Positions 25,801-40,700 of a stretch of 64,000 nucleotides of DNA are shown one piece after another (within the stretch, counting starts at the first letter, position 1; each line of letters begins with the position of its first letter). Source of the DNA: Balanoglossus misakiensis (Eukaryota; Animalia; Hemichordata); contig CM082593.2 in the NCBI GenBank assembly GCA_040954595.2, positions 7,662,043 to 7,726,042 on the forward strand, written 5' to 3'. The translations under genes were made by a program, and so were the position numbers. The notes below the pieces were generated by a model that saw only the letters and a program-made list of their open reading frames with translations, had not been told where the DNA came from and did not search any database.

Positions 25801-28800
25801 AGCAAAAAAACTGCAACTTTTACAGCATAATTTCCGATTACAAAAATGATGGGCAGAAGGTAGTCTACCGGCATGCCAAATTTGAAGTCGATCTGACTTG
25901 TAGTTTCTGAGATCTGAGATTTGCATTTTTTTCAGAAAATCCAATATGGCCGCCAGGTCACGTGACTAATTAAGTATTCACAAGTCACTGCACATCTACT
26001 CATTGACCTTGACCACTGTAGCAAGTTTGAGCAGTGTACCTGCAGTAGTTTCAGAGATCTCGTTGGCCGAAGAATTGACAGGAGAATAAAGAAAGAAAGA
26101 AAGAAAGAAAGAATTAAAGCTGCAAGCAGCATTGTCCGGGCCCAAGCTCTATTATCTGATCTGATATTAGATATGCACATAATTAATGAGTAGAAACATA
26201 ATGCTCTGTTTTATCCCATGAAATATCAAGGTTATATCTATGTTTGGTGTTGATATAGTGTAAAGTAGGTCAAAGGTCTCCCAGGGGTCACCCACAATTT
26301 GGGCAGAAAATTTTGACCCATAGTGGTCCATGTCCAACAAAAACCAGACCTCTAGCCCTTTTGGTTAGCCTGGAATTAGGTATGCACATAAATAATGAGT
26401 TAAGCAGGTGTCACAGGTGATCCAAAACTTTGGCTTTTCATTATGGCCCCATACCTCCAAACGCCAAGGCTGTATCTGCTGTGGATGTCGAGATATGCAA
26501 AAGTAGGTCAAAGGTCACCCAAGGTCACCCAACATTTGGGCAAAATATTTTGACCCCATACTGGTTCATGTATAACAAAAACAAAACCTCAAGGTCTATT
26601 GGTTCATCATTAATTAGGTATGTACATATTTAATGAGGTCAGCAGAGGTCAAAGGGGTCATGAGAAGTAGCAAAATTTTTTGATCACATACAAATCCACA
26701 TACATCAAAAACCAAACTTATAGCCCTATTGGTTAGCCTGGAATTAGATATGCAGAAAAATGATGCGTCAAAAGTAGGTCAAAGGTCATTGCCAAAATTA
26801 CCAAAATATTTATAGCTTATTCTTGTCATATGATGATTCATATCCATAAAAAGAATATCTGTGCTATCAATTATTAGGCTAGAAAGGGAATTTTTACTTT
26901 TTAATCATTTTTCACAAAATCCAATATGGCCGCCATAATCTTCGACCAATCACATTCATCTTCGCAAACTTGATAGACATCTGTTTAATGACCATACACA
27001 CCAAATCTTGTGACTCGGTTATCGCCGGTTCTTGAGTAGAAGATTTTTCAAATTTTACTAGGGTTTTTCGAAAATCCAATATGGCCGCCATAATCTTGGA
27101 CCAATCACTATGATCTTCGCAAACTTGATAGACATCAGTTAGGTGACCACATACCCCAAACCCCGTGTCTCGGTTATCACCGGTTCTGGAGAAGAAGATT
27201 TTTGAAATTTAGGCCAGATTTCAGAAAAAAAATTGTAGCAAAAAAACGGCAACTTTGTCAGCATAATTTCCAATTACAAAAATGATGGGCAGAAGGTAGT
27301 CTACCAGCATGCCAAATTTGAAGTCGATCTGACTTGTAGTTTCTGAGATCTGAGATTTGCATTTTTTCAGAAAATCCAAGATGGCCGCCATGTCACGTGA
27401 CTAATTAAGTATTCACAAGTCACTGCACATCTACTCATTGACCTTGACCACTGTAGCAAGTTTGAGAACTGTACCTGCAGCGGTGTTTGAGATCTAGAGC
27501 GATAAAGAATGGAACCAAGAATAAAGAAAGAAAGAAAGACAGATTAAAGCTGCAAGCAGCATTGTCCGGGCCCAAGCTCTATTATCTGATCTGATGCTGA
27601 TATAGTGTTAAGTAGGTCAAAGGTCACCCGAGGTCACCCAACATTTGGGCAAAATATTTTGACCCGATACTGGTCCATGTATAACAAAAACAAAACCTCT
27701 AGGTCTATTGGTTCATCTGTAATTAGGTATGTGCATATTTAATGAGGTCAGCAGAGGTCAAAGGGGTCATGAAAAGTAGCAAAAATTTTTGATCACATAC
27801 AAATCCACATACATCAAAAACCAAAATGATAGCCTTAAAGGTTAGCCTGAAATTAGATATGCAGAAAAATGATGCGTCAAAAGTAGGTCAAAGGTCATTG
27901 CCAAAATTACCAAAATATTTATAGCTTATTCTTGGCATATGATGATTCATATCCATAAAAAGAATTTCTGTGCTATCAATTTTTAGGCTAGAAAGGGAAT
28001 TTTTACTTTTTAATTGTTTTTCACAAAATCCAATATGGCCGCCATATTCTTCGACCAATCACATTCCTCTTCGCAAACTTGATAGACATCTGTTTAATGA
28101 CCACACACACCAAATCTTGTGACTCAGTTATCGCCGGTTCTTGAGAAGAAGATTTTTGAAATTTTACTAGGTTTTTCGAAAATCCAATATGGCCGCCATA
28201 ATCTTCGACCAATCACAATGATCTTCGCAAACATGATAGACCTCAGTTTGGTGACCACATACCCCAAACCGCGTGACTCGGTTATCGCCGGTTCTGGAGA
28301 AGAAGATTTTTGAAATTTTGACCAGATTTCAGAAAAACAACTGTAGCAAAAAAACTGCAACATTGACAGCATAATTTCCAATTACAAAAATGATGGGCAG
28401 AAGATAGTCTACCTGCACGCCAAATTTGAAGTCGATCTGACTTGTAGTTTCTGAGATCTGAGATTTGCATTTTTTCAGAAAATCCAAGATGGCCGCCAGG
28501 TCACGTGACTAATTAAAAATTCAAGGGTTCAATGCACGACTACTCATTGACCTTGACCACTGTAGCAAGTTTGAGAAGTGTACCTGCAGCAGTGTCTGAG
28601 ATCTAGAGCGACAAAGAATTGACATAAGAATAAAGAAAGAAAGACTGAAAAATTCCAACGAAACCAATAGGGCCCAAGCCTGGCTTGGCTTGGGCCCTAA
28701 TCATGCCCACCATTTACATGTATACATGTTTAAAATCTGAGAAAGAAATATAGATTATTAGTGAAAAGGTGAATGATTGAACTTGTGAATAAATAATAAT

Positions 28801-29772
28801 AATAAAATAAATTAATTAAGTAATTTATTAAATACTCTACGTTTTAATGAATTGCAAGTTGAAGAAATCAAGGTTGGTAAATATGAATATACACACATTT
28901 AAAAAAAATTCATTAGCATAGTACTGTTTTGGCAATTCATTTCAAATGGATATAATACTCTGACAACATAGACTTCTGGCAAAGTCCCATCAAGATTTGC
29001 AAAGAAACCTACGCCTTCATTTAATTCAGTGAAGTAGGCATCTAGCGAAATCTTGACCGGAAGGGCAACTCATCAATTGTAGGGTTGTCAAAAAATTGTG
29101 CGGTGTACATATCAGTTTGCTCTGACAATGACATCAACTCAAACACATCACCAGGAAAGAACAGCTGAAAAAAGTCAACCGGTGCAAAGTCATCAGTGTC
29201 AACTAATAAACCTTAGCGACGATCGTATACAGACAACCAGTCCGGTGTGTAATTGTCATTTACGTCATACAAAACCCACCGCGTGTCACCATCAACGTTA
29301 CGACGTCCGAGAACATGACAAAAACCCTCCCTCTCTCTCTGTCTCTACTCTGTTGTCTCCGTGTCTGGCTTCTATTTCTGGTTCTATGATGTTGTTGTCC
29401 GTAATTTGGCTTCCGCTATCGCTATGATCGCTGTCACTATCCTGAAAGACTTGTTCAAGAACTTCGTCGGCATCAAACTTTGCCCATGTCGCCATTTTTA
29501 AATACCAAGTGAATGAAAAATATGATCGGAGCGACCTAAAATCAGCTGTATAAGGAAACCCTTTGATGACAAAATCGACTTGATTGTTTACAATACATAT
29601 GCGCATGCTCAATTAGAGTTGACCCCTGTCATATATATAGCCATACAAAATGAGTAAATAAGCAACGAACATAAAATAGAACAGACCAAGTAACGGACGC
29701 GATCTTGGCGCATTTATGCGCCTCCCGCATTCTGACTGCCGGCGCAGAAAATGCCCTCCCGCAGCGAAAGTG
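22826..29772 (-). mobile_element. Decayed piggyBac-type DNA transposon carrying a nested insertion
   Basis: TTAA at 22822-25 and 29773-76 flanks 13-bp TIRs CACTTTCACTGCG / CGCAGCGAAAGTG (1 mismatch). Minus-strand remnants include an acidic N-terminus MATWAKFDADEVLEQVFQDSDSD (~29495-29430) and a stop-interrupted segment SRFR*MPTSLN*MKA*VSLQILMGLCQK (~28970-29060) resembling the piggyBac EMK.F.GL.ILMG block. Confidence 0.8.
23250..28700. mobile_element. Four head-to-tail ~1.43-kb units of a non-autonomous Helentron/HINE-like element
   Basis: Units start ATTAAAGCTGC(A/G)AGCAGCATTGTC(C)GGGCCCAAGC at 23250, 24680, 26113 and 27543; unit 4 is internally deleted. Each ends in (AAGA)n and contains internal sub-repeats (AAAATCCAATATGGCCGCC; AGGTCAAAGGTCA). 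There is one terminal hairpin, TAGGGCCCAAGCC-TGGCTT-GGCTTGGGCCCTA, at 28668-28699. The repeat is certain; the class is inferred. Confidence 0.75.
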
Positions 29773-32700
29773 TTAAATTAAGTAGGGCCTAATGATAATT
29801 CGTGAAAAGGATGGTGAGCGCTCCCTTTTCTTCTTTGTCAAAATTAACAATCTCCTCACATAGAAACGAAAATTATGGATGATAAGTAGACCTAACAGAC
29901 AAACATAACTTGAATGTGATGTCCTGATTCCACTAGACTAAGACATTTCAAAGAGAAATTAAAACATACACGTATATGGATTGCGTCAAACGTTCAATGC
30001 ATGATAAAAAAAATGCAATTCCTCTAGAATGGGGCGTGGCTGGCATCTCGTGGCTGGCCCTCAAAGCTTCTATTCAGAGGAATTATAATGGGAAAATACA
30101 GTAGATAGGCGGTAGACATTCATCACAAGACAATCGAGATGGCAGCGGTTCAAGGCGAGGTAGGTCCAAATATTTCTACGCCATTTTAAATGTATAAAAA
30201 CGAAAAGGGGGCATTCCATTGATAACACCCGGGCCGAAAGACGAAATGAAAAGGGACAATGTCAGTAATAATAATTTAATAAACTTAAATATTTCAACAA
30301 GTTTCTCCTGTTAACCTAAGAGAAGTAGTATGGCCCGTTCTGCGTTCCGGCTCAACATGACTGACGTGCGTTTGAGACGTATGTGACAATATAACCCCAA
30401 GCCAAATTTGTAGATATTTGATTTGGTGCGATCTGATCTTTCGTGTGCATGTGAGTTATTCTGGTCATAGCTTCCCCAGTGTCAAATCTGACAACGTAGA
30501 ATATTTATCCTTGTAAATTTATTCAGATTTTCGCTGTATTTAGATATTTGACCCTCCAATAGTAGTCGAGAAAGCATGATATCTCGGGATTGATCCGCCT
30601 TTTCTATTTCGCAGACTGTGTAATTCAGGTCATGCTGAAGGCGGACACATTTTTTTCTTTAATTTACCCACTCGTCGATTTGAGCTTACACCAGTACAGA
30701 AATATTAAGGCTTTCAACGAACAAACCTATATACGAGAATTCACAATAATTGAGAATAGCTATGAGTACGTCAGATTCTGAACCATTCCAAAAAAATCGT
30801 AAATTTGTGTAAGCTATTGATTTAAGCATTAAATAATTGTTTTATTGGTAAGTCTTGTGGTCTCCTCTTTCCGTTAATAATTGTCTGTGTAGAATTTCAA
30901 AAATCGGCGAATTAAAATGGTCCGTGAGATGACGTTTATGTCGACAACAGGACTGAACATGCTATGACGTCGACAGCCCATTGAGCTCTGCGCTTTGTCT
31001 CAGAAGAATATTTTCAAGAATGGTGGGATGTGTCCTTTGCTGTATTTTCACCAGGGCGGCATATGACCGTATGGTGGGCATAAAGAGCATTGGAAACCAC
31101 AACATATACGGAACCAATCCAGGCGCTAGCAAAGCCAGTCGGACCTCAGAATCACGTTAGCATCCTTAACAGTTTCACCCCAGTTCCATCTATAGAGGTC
31201 CAACCTTGCCATAGAAAACAGTGGGTTTGGATTGAACCATGGTGGTGAGTGGGTTATTTAAGAGAGATGCGCACAGCACACTTGTTTCTGGGCGTGAGTT
31301 CCGATCATTTACTATAATCCCATAAAAGCACGCCATCAAACATCCACCCGGACACACACAACTAATAAGCACAGAAAGAATATTCGAACGTTCTATATTC
31401 ATTTACAGAAACACGTCGTAAAACTGCAGGGGGAACCACTCTTCTTATGAAATGTGTCGCTGCATTAAAGGGACAAAGCCACTCATTTTAAACATTTTGG
31501 TTGTCACTTTAGTTTCGTTTGATGGATTATAGATATTGACGTGCTCACTGAAATATTCCCAATCACCAGTTGATACAAATCAAATCACGCCCTGTATATG
31601 GGTATTGCCAATCAATGTTACCACTACCATGCAATTTTTGGTATGGACCTAAAAAGATTGAGTCAGGGAAATATCCATGCGCTATGTTCTTACACAGGAT
31701 ATGAGTTTAACTGTGAACAACTGGCGATTTAGCATATTTCAGATAGAACATAAATAATCTATCAAGAGACACTGACCAAATGAATACGTCAAAATTAAGC
31801 GGCTTTGCCCCTTTAACGTTTTATTGCTTCCAAATCTAACAACAATCCACATATTAAAAATACTAGTCAAACATCATTGAAGCAACCCTCATCACTCTAC
31901 TTTGGTCCAATCCTACCATGTTAAAGTTTCAGTGGCTACGCCTTTATGTTCACGATTTTAGTCTCGAACTAACGTTCAGTCACGTGACTGATCCTTATTG
32001 CTCTTGTACAGAGCAGAGAACGTATGATGTGCGGGTAATTTGTGTCCATTCGCAGCGACTATTAAAACTGTAAACTAAAATATCATTACTGTAATGAGCA
32101 CTAGTGTAGCAATTACGCGGTAGTTTTGGCATATTAGGGGATAGATGCTTGGGTGATAACTTTGTGGGGCAGTACAAAAAGGCGCAACCACCGGGCTTCA
32201 ACAATCGGTTGGACCTATCACATAGTCTATTTTCGAATTTTCAGATAATATGCAAATTTTCACGTAATATGCAAATTTTCAAAGGACAGGAAAAAGGAGT
32301 CTAATAACACATCATACCGTAAAACATCGGAAATGAAAACTACGCTGAAATGTGTAATTGGAATAAAATATTTCTAATAAAACAAAAACCTAATTCTCTT
32401 GATGTTTTTGGTGACGGTTTGTGACGGTGCGGCAGCTGCAAGGGTGTTGATTTTAATACAGATATCTGATACGGTTTGATTCCTGAATTTATTATACACA
32501 AGATATACGTGTTTGAAAAGCACAAATAATTGAACTTAATGATTGAAAATAATCTTTCTTTGGCAAATTCTATTTTTATGCATGGACAGGATAATGAAAA
32601 CATCTATCATATAAACAATCACAAAATAATATTCTATTTTCCTACAGAAACCAATCTTCAAATAATCAGAAATATTTCTGCATTGGCAGTAAGCAATATT

Positions 32701-33839
32701 TCCTACAATTCTCACAAAGCATATAAATGAGATATTTGAATAATGATTGTCACAAAGTTGTTCATTTGAATAAACAAAACCGATTTTACTAAAGAGATCT
32801 TTGACACAGGTTTTAAACCCTCAGAACCATGCAAATTGGTTATTTGTGAACGTTTAATCAAAATATAGCGGAACAAAGTCGTGGAAATCTAAGCTTTGTC
32901 TAAATTATTTAAAATGCCGCACAGGAAATTCTTACGCTGTTCACCAATCGTTATCGGCCTTTCAGATAAACGTAAGCCAATCAAAATCTGCTCTACGTTT
33001 GTATCTTGGCGTGAATATTGCGGTGGCTTAAATTTGCTGCAAACGTTATACTATGAACACAGTCGAGTGAAATGTTTCTTTTAGGTTGAGAATCTTTTAC
33101 CGATGTCAACTGAGTTAAACATCGGATGCCGTTGTATATAGTCTGGCAAAATTTGGTGAAACCTTCGGAGTCGGAAAGTTGACAAAACTGATGTCCCTTC
33201 TTCTCCAAAATGCCACCAAGGGTAACGTCACGATAATTTCTGGAAAGTCCAAACCCATGCACACTGACAAGTTTGGCTCTGTTTACTCCATAGAAGTTTA
33301 AAGACGAACAACTTTATAGTTTTTCATTTTAGATGTTTCGTGTTTTTAGATTTACAGCCAAATGTTTCTCTGGGTGCAGTTTGTTCTTGATCATACCAAG
33401 GTCTCATCTGGTAACAGGGATTACAAAGTCAACTCAAAATCACAAATTGTTCCCATCCACTGCCACTACAGGTTAAGACTACGATAAAGAGCCAATGCTA
33501 CAACATTTATTAGCTGTATTGCTTCTGTAAGATCATGGTTGAATTTTCCGTTTTTCTTGTCCCATGAAGCAGTGCAAATAATTCATGAACTAACGCATCA
33601 TAAACTGAATTCGGAACCGACTACTATTTTCAAAGGGATGTCTACCGCGTGACAGGGGACTACGCCTTGCATGTAACTGAGTTGGGACGGAAATGATCTG
33701 GGATTGGCGACAAGGTTGACAAATGAACGACTATTTTTTGGTCCTAGGCGATGTCACGCGCACGCTCGGTTCACTTGCAATGGCCGTTTGTGTGATTCTT
33801 GTTGAAAACTTGGAGGGGGAACTATAGGCGACTGCATGT

Positions 33840-34741
33840 CTAAAGTTCTTGACCATACTGGTCGTCGTCTTGCATGTACATCTGCAGAACCCTGAAGGAT
33901 CTCGACTGAGAACCGGGATTGGAGTAGCCATGGTAATGCATTTCACCGCCTGGTTGCTGACCAATGTATCGGGAGCTCGCTTCGCCGGGGCGGGGTGTTG
34001 GCCTCTTGTCGTGGACGGTCTGGTACACAGATGATCCGTGGTCCACGAAACCTCGGTTACCCCTGAAAGTGTTCAGATGTTTGCCCTGAATGCATATCTT
34101 AGAAAACAAAACAAATAAACAAGCAAGAAAACAAACAAACAAACAAACAAACAAACACTCAGACAGACAGACAGACAGACAGGTAATCGAACTTAGCGCT
34201 AAAGCTTCACAACATTCTTGAAAACGTAATCCGGTAATATGGTAGATTAAACTTAAGAAATAACACAGGTCATTCGAAAAAGACTATAAAGAAGGATTAT
34301 TTGGTAATATGGCAGATGTCAATGCGCTCCCGTGATTTTCATGTTTAATTAATGAAACTATGTGAAAACAGCGCAGCTAGCTCACCCTCCAATAACGCCT
34401 GCCTGCCCAGGCTCAACCATATCAGACGTCTGTTCCTGGAACGCGTCGGCAACATTGCCAGCTGAATATAAACTCACTGGAGAGTTATACTGCAGATGGA
34501 CAACTTGAGCTGTGGGACTGAGATGTTCCTAGTGAAGGAAATAAGAAAATGACAACATAGATTCTGTGTTCCCATTGGATCAACGCTCAATCAGACGGTG
34601 AACCTCAAGCACAAGATGTATGCAATTCACGCCTAAGAGACAATAAACTATATGAAGTTGTGTTGTAATTAGAATACATCTGATGGAGATCAGTCCGTAT
34701 GTGATGTCTGTATGGAAGACAGACAGACAGACAGCGGACAA

Positions 34742-34772
<31 letters not shown>

Positions 34773-37700
34773 ACACATGATTGTCATTTTCTATTCCATC
34801 ACTCACATGAGTAACTGTAAAAACATCTTTTTTGTTTAGCTATAGCATATTAGAATAGCTAATTTAGCTGTAATTTAAGATGCCGCTAATTCAAAATTTG
34901 CTTACCATGGTTGACTGAGATGTCTTCATAGCTAAATTAAAAACCCACCAATGTACTGAGAATCCAAATTCGCCAAGAAAGCATGCAATTAATTCAAAGT
35001 GTTTTTACATTATTTTGTCTTTGTTGATTTATCACCTCCGAACCCTCACCTTTTCAGGGGTAACTTCTTCAGCGCCGTGTGTTGGATCAATGCGACGATA
35101 ATAACTGGGCATCTTCGATGGCTGGTGGTGTGGGTGATACTGCGGTTCTTTGGTGATCTCCACTCTCGGGGAATTGTCTCTGGATGTGGATCCGGCTGGT
35201 CGGAACTGGGGCGATCTGGCCGACGTTGGGTCGTATCCATAGGTGAAGGGTTTCTTGTCCTTTTGCTGGTTCGGACTGGTGACCGGTCTGAAGGGTGGAG
35301 TCGTTGCTGGCAATACTTGGCGTGGTTTGGGCTGTCCGAACGGCGTTGGTGGCGAGTAGTTGTCCGCGTAGGAGGGAGAGTGACCAGTCGGGCGAACTGG
35401 TTGGTACGTTTTAGGGGTGTAGTGTTGTTGGGGTGGTGGGGGTGGTGGAGGTGGTGGTGGAACGTATTGCTGTTGTTGCTGGTATTGGGGTTGTGGCGCC
35501 ACCTCTGGTGAAGCTGTCGGAGACTGGCCCTTTTTGTCGTCTGTCCCGATTCTGCAAAATTTCAAATAAAAGTGACGTTGACTCGTCTCGCGGCCTCAAG
35601 TCGGACCCAAACTTCGAGATAAAGTTTCAACTCTGACCGGGCAATTGTTCTGGTCAGTAAATGTTCTCGCCTCATTTCAGTCAAAGGGTTCAAGAGAGCT
35701 GTTTCAGAATATAATGTACATATTTAAATCTGAATGAGTTAAATAATAAACGGATGCGGCACCCGTTAATTATTTAACATATTCAGATAGGTACATCCAC
35801 AATCAGAGGTTGATAATATGTTTGTTTATACATGGACCGTTCTAATTCAGTCAGTAAAATCACTAAAATAATCTTAAAAATTGGCAAAACAATTGCGCCA
35901 ATCTCATGACCAACAAGAATACTTGCCTCATCAGTGAAAGAAAGAGATCGCCTTTGATTTGACGAATTCTCTCTTGAGCTTGACTCAGTGTCATATCAAA
36001 AGTAGGTGTTCCATTGATTGCTGTTAGGAGGTCGTCTTTCTTAATATCAGCTTTGGCAGCTTTGCCACCGGCTGTGGTCTGTCGGGAGAATAAATAGAAA
36101 TGTTTGTTTTGAGAACATTTACTGTGTACGGTTAGCCTGATGATACCACACCCACAACGACCATGGATAAAAGGGCAGCGAGAGAAAGACTTTGTCCCTT
36201 TAAACCACAGCTGGACACTTTTCTTTATATGCCACCGTGACATCCGTACATTTTTTCACAGTGGTGTCTGCCAATAGCGCCATCAAGTCAAACATTGCCG
36301 GAATGTTACATAGATCGATGGTCGCTGGGCCCGCCGGTGGCGCCTGCGCAGCACCAGCAGACTCTTTTTGGGAGAGAGAGAGAGCGAAGGACCATAATGC
36401 ATTTCCCCAAGGTTTAAAATTTAAAATTTCCTTTCGTGCGTGCGTGCGTGTGCGTGTGTGTCTGTATGTATTTGTCTATCCTCCGTCTTGCATGCAGTGT
36501 ATGACGTTAAACCACACTCCACATTCTTACAGTTTAATAAATGCCAAACTCATTTAAGTAATAGGAAGGAATGTTGTCTTACTAGTATTTGCTGATAAGT
36601 GAGTGTCTCATACGTCACGTCGTGTTTTCTGTTCTCAAGACATCATATGCAGAATTATATTACTGGTTTATACTGGAATTTTATTTCATTTTGCACTTAA
36701 TTATTAAGATCACAGAACGGAATATTTGAAGCATAATACTGTGGTTTAATTTCAGTCGAGAAGACTTCGCCGATGATAAGAGCTAAATAGTGAAAGTAGG
36801 GAGTTTGTGTAGTAGCTCAATGGGGTAATCCAATGGATGTGTGTGTATCTCTTAGCTAAATGTTTTATAAATATTTGTGTAAGTTTTATTACAAGTCGAA
36901 ACTACTTCTATTAAAAAACAAAATCAACTGTTATCCATTTCAAGGATATTCACATACCACGAATAAATATATATTCCAAATCAACACAACCGCTTGTTCA
37001 ATCATCCGGGTCTTATACTAGAATATTTTTAACATGGTCAGGGATGTAGACGCATAATTCGTAAGTGACTTTGCAGTTGTTGTAATGTCGGAGAATTTCA
37101 AAAGATTTATTGACAGATGGAGAACTGGATATGACAGGTGCTTGGGACAACAGCTGTTCAGTACAGATAATTCCGGTCTTACTTGCATTTTGGAGATTTT
37201 CCAGCAAATTAAGAGACTTCACTTACTGTAGAGACATGCATTGTCGGCTTAATAATTAAAGAAAGTAGCATTTTTGACAATCTACTTAGCAGCGTTATAC
37301 CAAGATCTACCTCGTGACCTTCACGTTGCCAATAGGGCACACTGTCCTAACAGTGAGCCAGATAATCGCGTCACTGACTGATACGTTTATACATCAATGC
37401 TTGGCAGGGCCTCATTTCTGGTGGCCTTTACAAAACATGACGCCGCTGGCGAATATTTTACGGCCTACACCCACAAACGGGTATTAAAAAGCAACACGCC
37501 GTTGGGTATTTTCTGCTTTGATACGAAGGATCGCTGCTATGTCATGCGTCATGACGTAAAGATCGTGACTGACCGCAACATTCTTGCATTAAAACACTCG
37601 TCTTTCAGTCAACAGACAAGTGCGTGCGAGGGGCGACGGATATCGCCTTATGACAAGAACACAGCCATAGAATTGTGAATCTGAGACCGGCAAATCGTTG

Positions 37701-40700
37701 TGAAACTCTTTAACTTTAAGCGATTTGAAGAGATTCACGACGCAGCATTCCTCGACTTAAGCCTCGACTTGGACAGGCGGCAGATTGCGTTTAAATAAGT
37801 ACTACCGGTAGTAGTTTCTCGAATGTGGAGGTTTGATAATTAAAAAAAAACTGACTTTCAAGCAAGTCTGAGTGAACTGTCTAGATCAATGAGAAAACTT
37901 CGTATTGCAGAAATATGATTATACCAATTTACATACATAATGTATATATCCGTATGTGGCCGCCAAATGGGCGTGTCTGAGTCTTCTATACTGAGTGGTG
38001 GCATACGTTTTCTGTGTGACTGCTCAATAAAATCACAGTTGCTGGATCTCAATCATCAATGTTAACTGTATACCTTTAAACGTGAATACAATATTTTAAA
38101 GCATTTTAGAAGTATGACCACGTTTTTGATGAAAGGGTTTTCGTGGAGTCCAAGTCCAAAGTACAGAACTGATATATGTGACTAGTGTTGGAAAGCTAAT
38201 CTAACTGACAACATATTTCGAAAGTTTCAATGAACACCAGTAAATCTGCCCATAAATTAAACCATGATGAATTAAACCATGATGAAGTTAGCAGAGACTT
38301 CCTTCATGATGAAGTTAATTCACTGCAGAACCAGGGGCGTCTCGCCACGGTATTCGTCAGAAACTTGAACTGAGAATGATTTAAAATAATGTGAGCATAT
38401 AAATAGGGGCCTATACCACTTGAAATTGAAATAAGAGACGGTGTTGTTGTTATTGATATCACTGTGAACTCAAAATTGACTCGTTGGGCATAAAAATAGA
38501 ACGAGCCGTGGCCGAGATGACGTCAATAAGATTTCTCAGGGCAGCATGAAAGTATTGAATGGTTACTCAATTACGACTTACGGTAACTGAACGAAAACGC
38601 GATCGGTGTTCTGTTGTCGTTTCGTTTTTTTGTTATACACTAATGAATGAATTTACGTAACGGAGATAACATTGGATGGTTTGACGTAATGGAGACGGTA
38701 CAATGTCACTGAAGGTAACAATAACATAGCACGGTTTGAGTTTGTCTTTGACAACTTGTTACCAAAGGATTGTGAATATTGTAGAAACGGGAGGAATAAA
38801 TTTCTCGTCTTATTTGGTTTTCAATGCAGCATTTTTTGTTCACAAATTCTCGTCTGGCTGAAGGGGTCCTTTCTATTGCACGTAGATGTATGTTATACCA
38901 CTTCCCATCCTGTAAGCTAAATTTGCAATCAACCTATACATTTACACATATGGATGGAATCGTTACGAATGACATATAGGCGAACTACTAGTTTATCTTC
39001 GGGCCTGTAACCGGTGAAATATTAAAAATCAAATTACATGTCGATTGGGAGTTTTATCACGCTTTAAATGTCAACTTCGGCATAATCTGAAGCCTTGAAA
39101 AAATTTCCCTACAGACCAAACTTTAACCGCCTCACTTCTGGACGAATTGATGCAACCATACGACCACAGCAAAGCATTTCAATGATTTCTATGCGAAACA
39201 TGAGACGCACAGTTGGTCACTGAGCCGGGCCAAGAAGACGTCAATATAAGAATAATCAGCCCTCGAATGATGGCTTGATAAGAGGCCGATTGAAAGAAAC
39301 CACGGAAAGTCATGCCTTTCCCATCACCATGTTCTACACAATCAGTGAACTACGATAAAATCTACCCAGTGATTGGCACGGCAATGATTTCCAAGATCTG
39401 ACGGCAACCAAGTTTACCCGGTTGATTGCCAAGATAAAATAACCGAATACCATTTTTTTCTAAACCCGAGGTTCAGGTTAACGACAAGGATTAATTTTAA
39501 AGTAGGTCAAATGGAAGTAACACCATTCCTGGAACAGTTTTCATCAAATTATTTTGAAAATATCCGATATTATGAATTTAGCCTAATTCTTCGTGAAACG
39601 TTTGGAACGTGACGACTAGACTAATCGTCGCCAGGAAATGCGCCTGCGCGAATACAGAACAACTCAAGAGAGTTGTAAAATATTGTTGCTCACATTATAC
39701 ATCGGCATTTACACTTGTTACCATGGTTACATGTACTGCCCCGCATGGATCTCACAGTGCCGTCGATGACCTTGATCCTGTTAGGTCATTACAATAAAGT
39801 TACTGCACTGAAGGAACACGGACGCAGGTTGCGTTGGAGGTGGTGTAGCGAAGGCAGAAAATTAAGTCATTGAAGATGGGTTCAACACTTTGGACCGCCC
39901 CCGTTCGCTACACCGAAATCTGCCGCGTTGTAACTACATGTATGTCTCCCGAACACTGCAGTCAAACGACGTGAGTTGTCAGGTTGCCAAGGGGATATTT
40001 GGTGCCAGCTTGTCTACCGAAACTGGTTTCGAAGTTGTAGCAAACGATGACAGAGTCTAACACGGGAGATATGTTTTCTACTAACTCGGTATCAGTTGCT
40101 GGTTGTGAAATAGTAGTGTTGCAGCAACTACACACCGTCAAAAGCAGAGAGAGTTTATGACTAATAATAATGTTAAATTTAATAACATCTTCAAAATCGT
40201 TAAATTCGGCCTAACTGACTGTCTGACTGAATGATTGACTGATTGATTGATTGATCGATTGCAAAGGAAAATGGTACACCTCATGTATATATCAATGTTC
40301 ATGCAAATCCCCGTCTGAATAGATGTCCATTTACAGCCAGCTGCCTGGAGTAAAGAGTTTGTTGGCAAAATGCTATCCGAATTTGTTGTTGTTTTTGGAT
40401 ATGATATCAACATTAAAACCTAACCCAGTATCTACCAATAAAATATTACCCTAAAACACGAACACCACTACAGTGCTATTCATAAACGGACACTTGACTA
40501 GTGTAGGCACTTCAGGCCATCAAAGGAAATGTAAGATCAGGAGACAACTCCCAGTGTCTGAATATATTCCGCTGTAAAAGCCACACCAGTGTGTGAAAGG
40601 AAACGCCACAAATTTCGGGTCGCCATGGTGTGCCAGAAACCACATGGATATAAAATCTGAGCGGGGTTGGGCAAAGGTCTCGTGGGAATCTGGCCGTCGC

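Noticed and set aside
23565-28470. Recurrent 62-91 aa ORFs (MALHLGPILPNAK..., MQISDLRNYKSD...)
   Set aside because: They recur only because the non-coding repeat unit recurs; frames are not maintained and no domain is recognisable.
34999-35636. Plus-strand W/G/V-rich ORFs
   Set aside because: Antisense shadow of the Pro/Gln-rich exon of paralog B.
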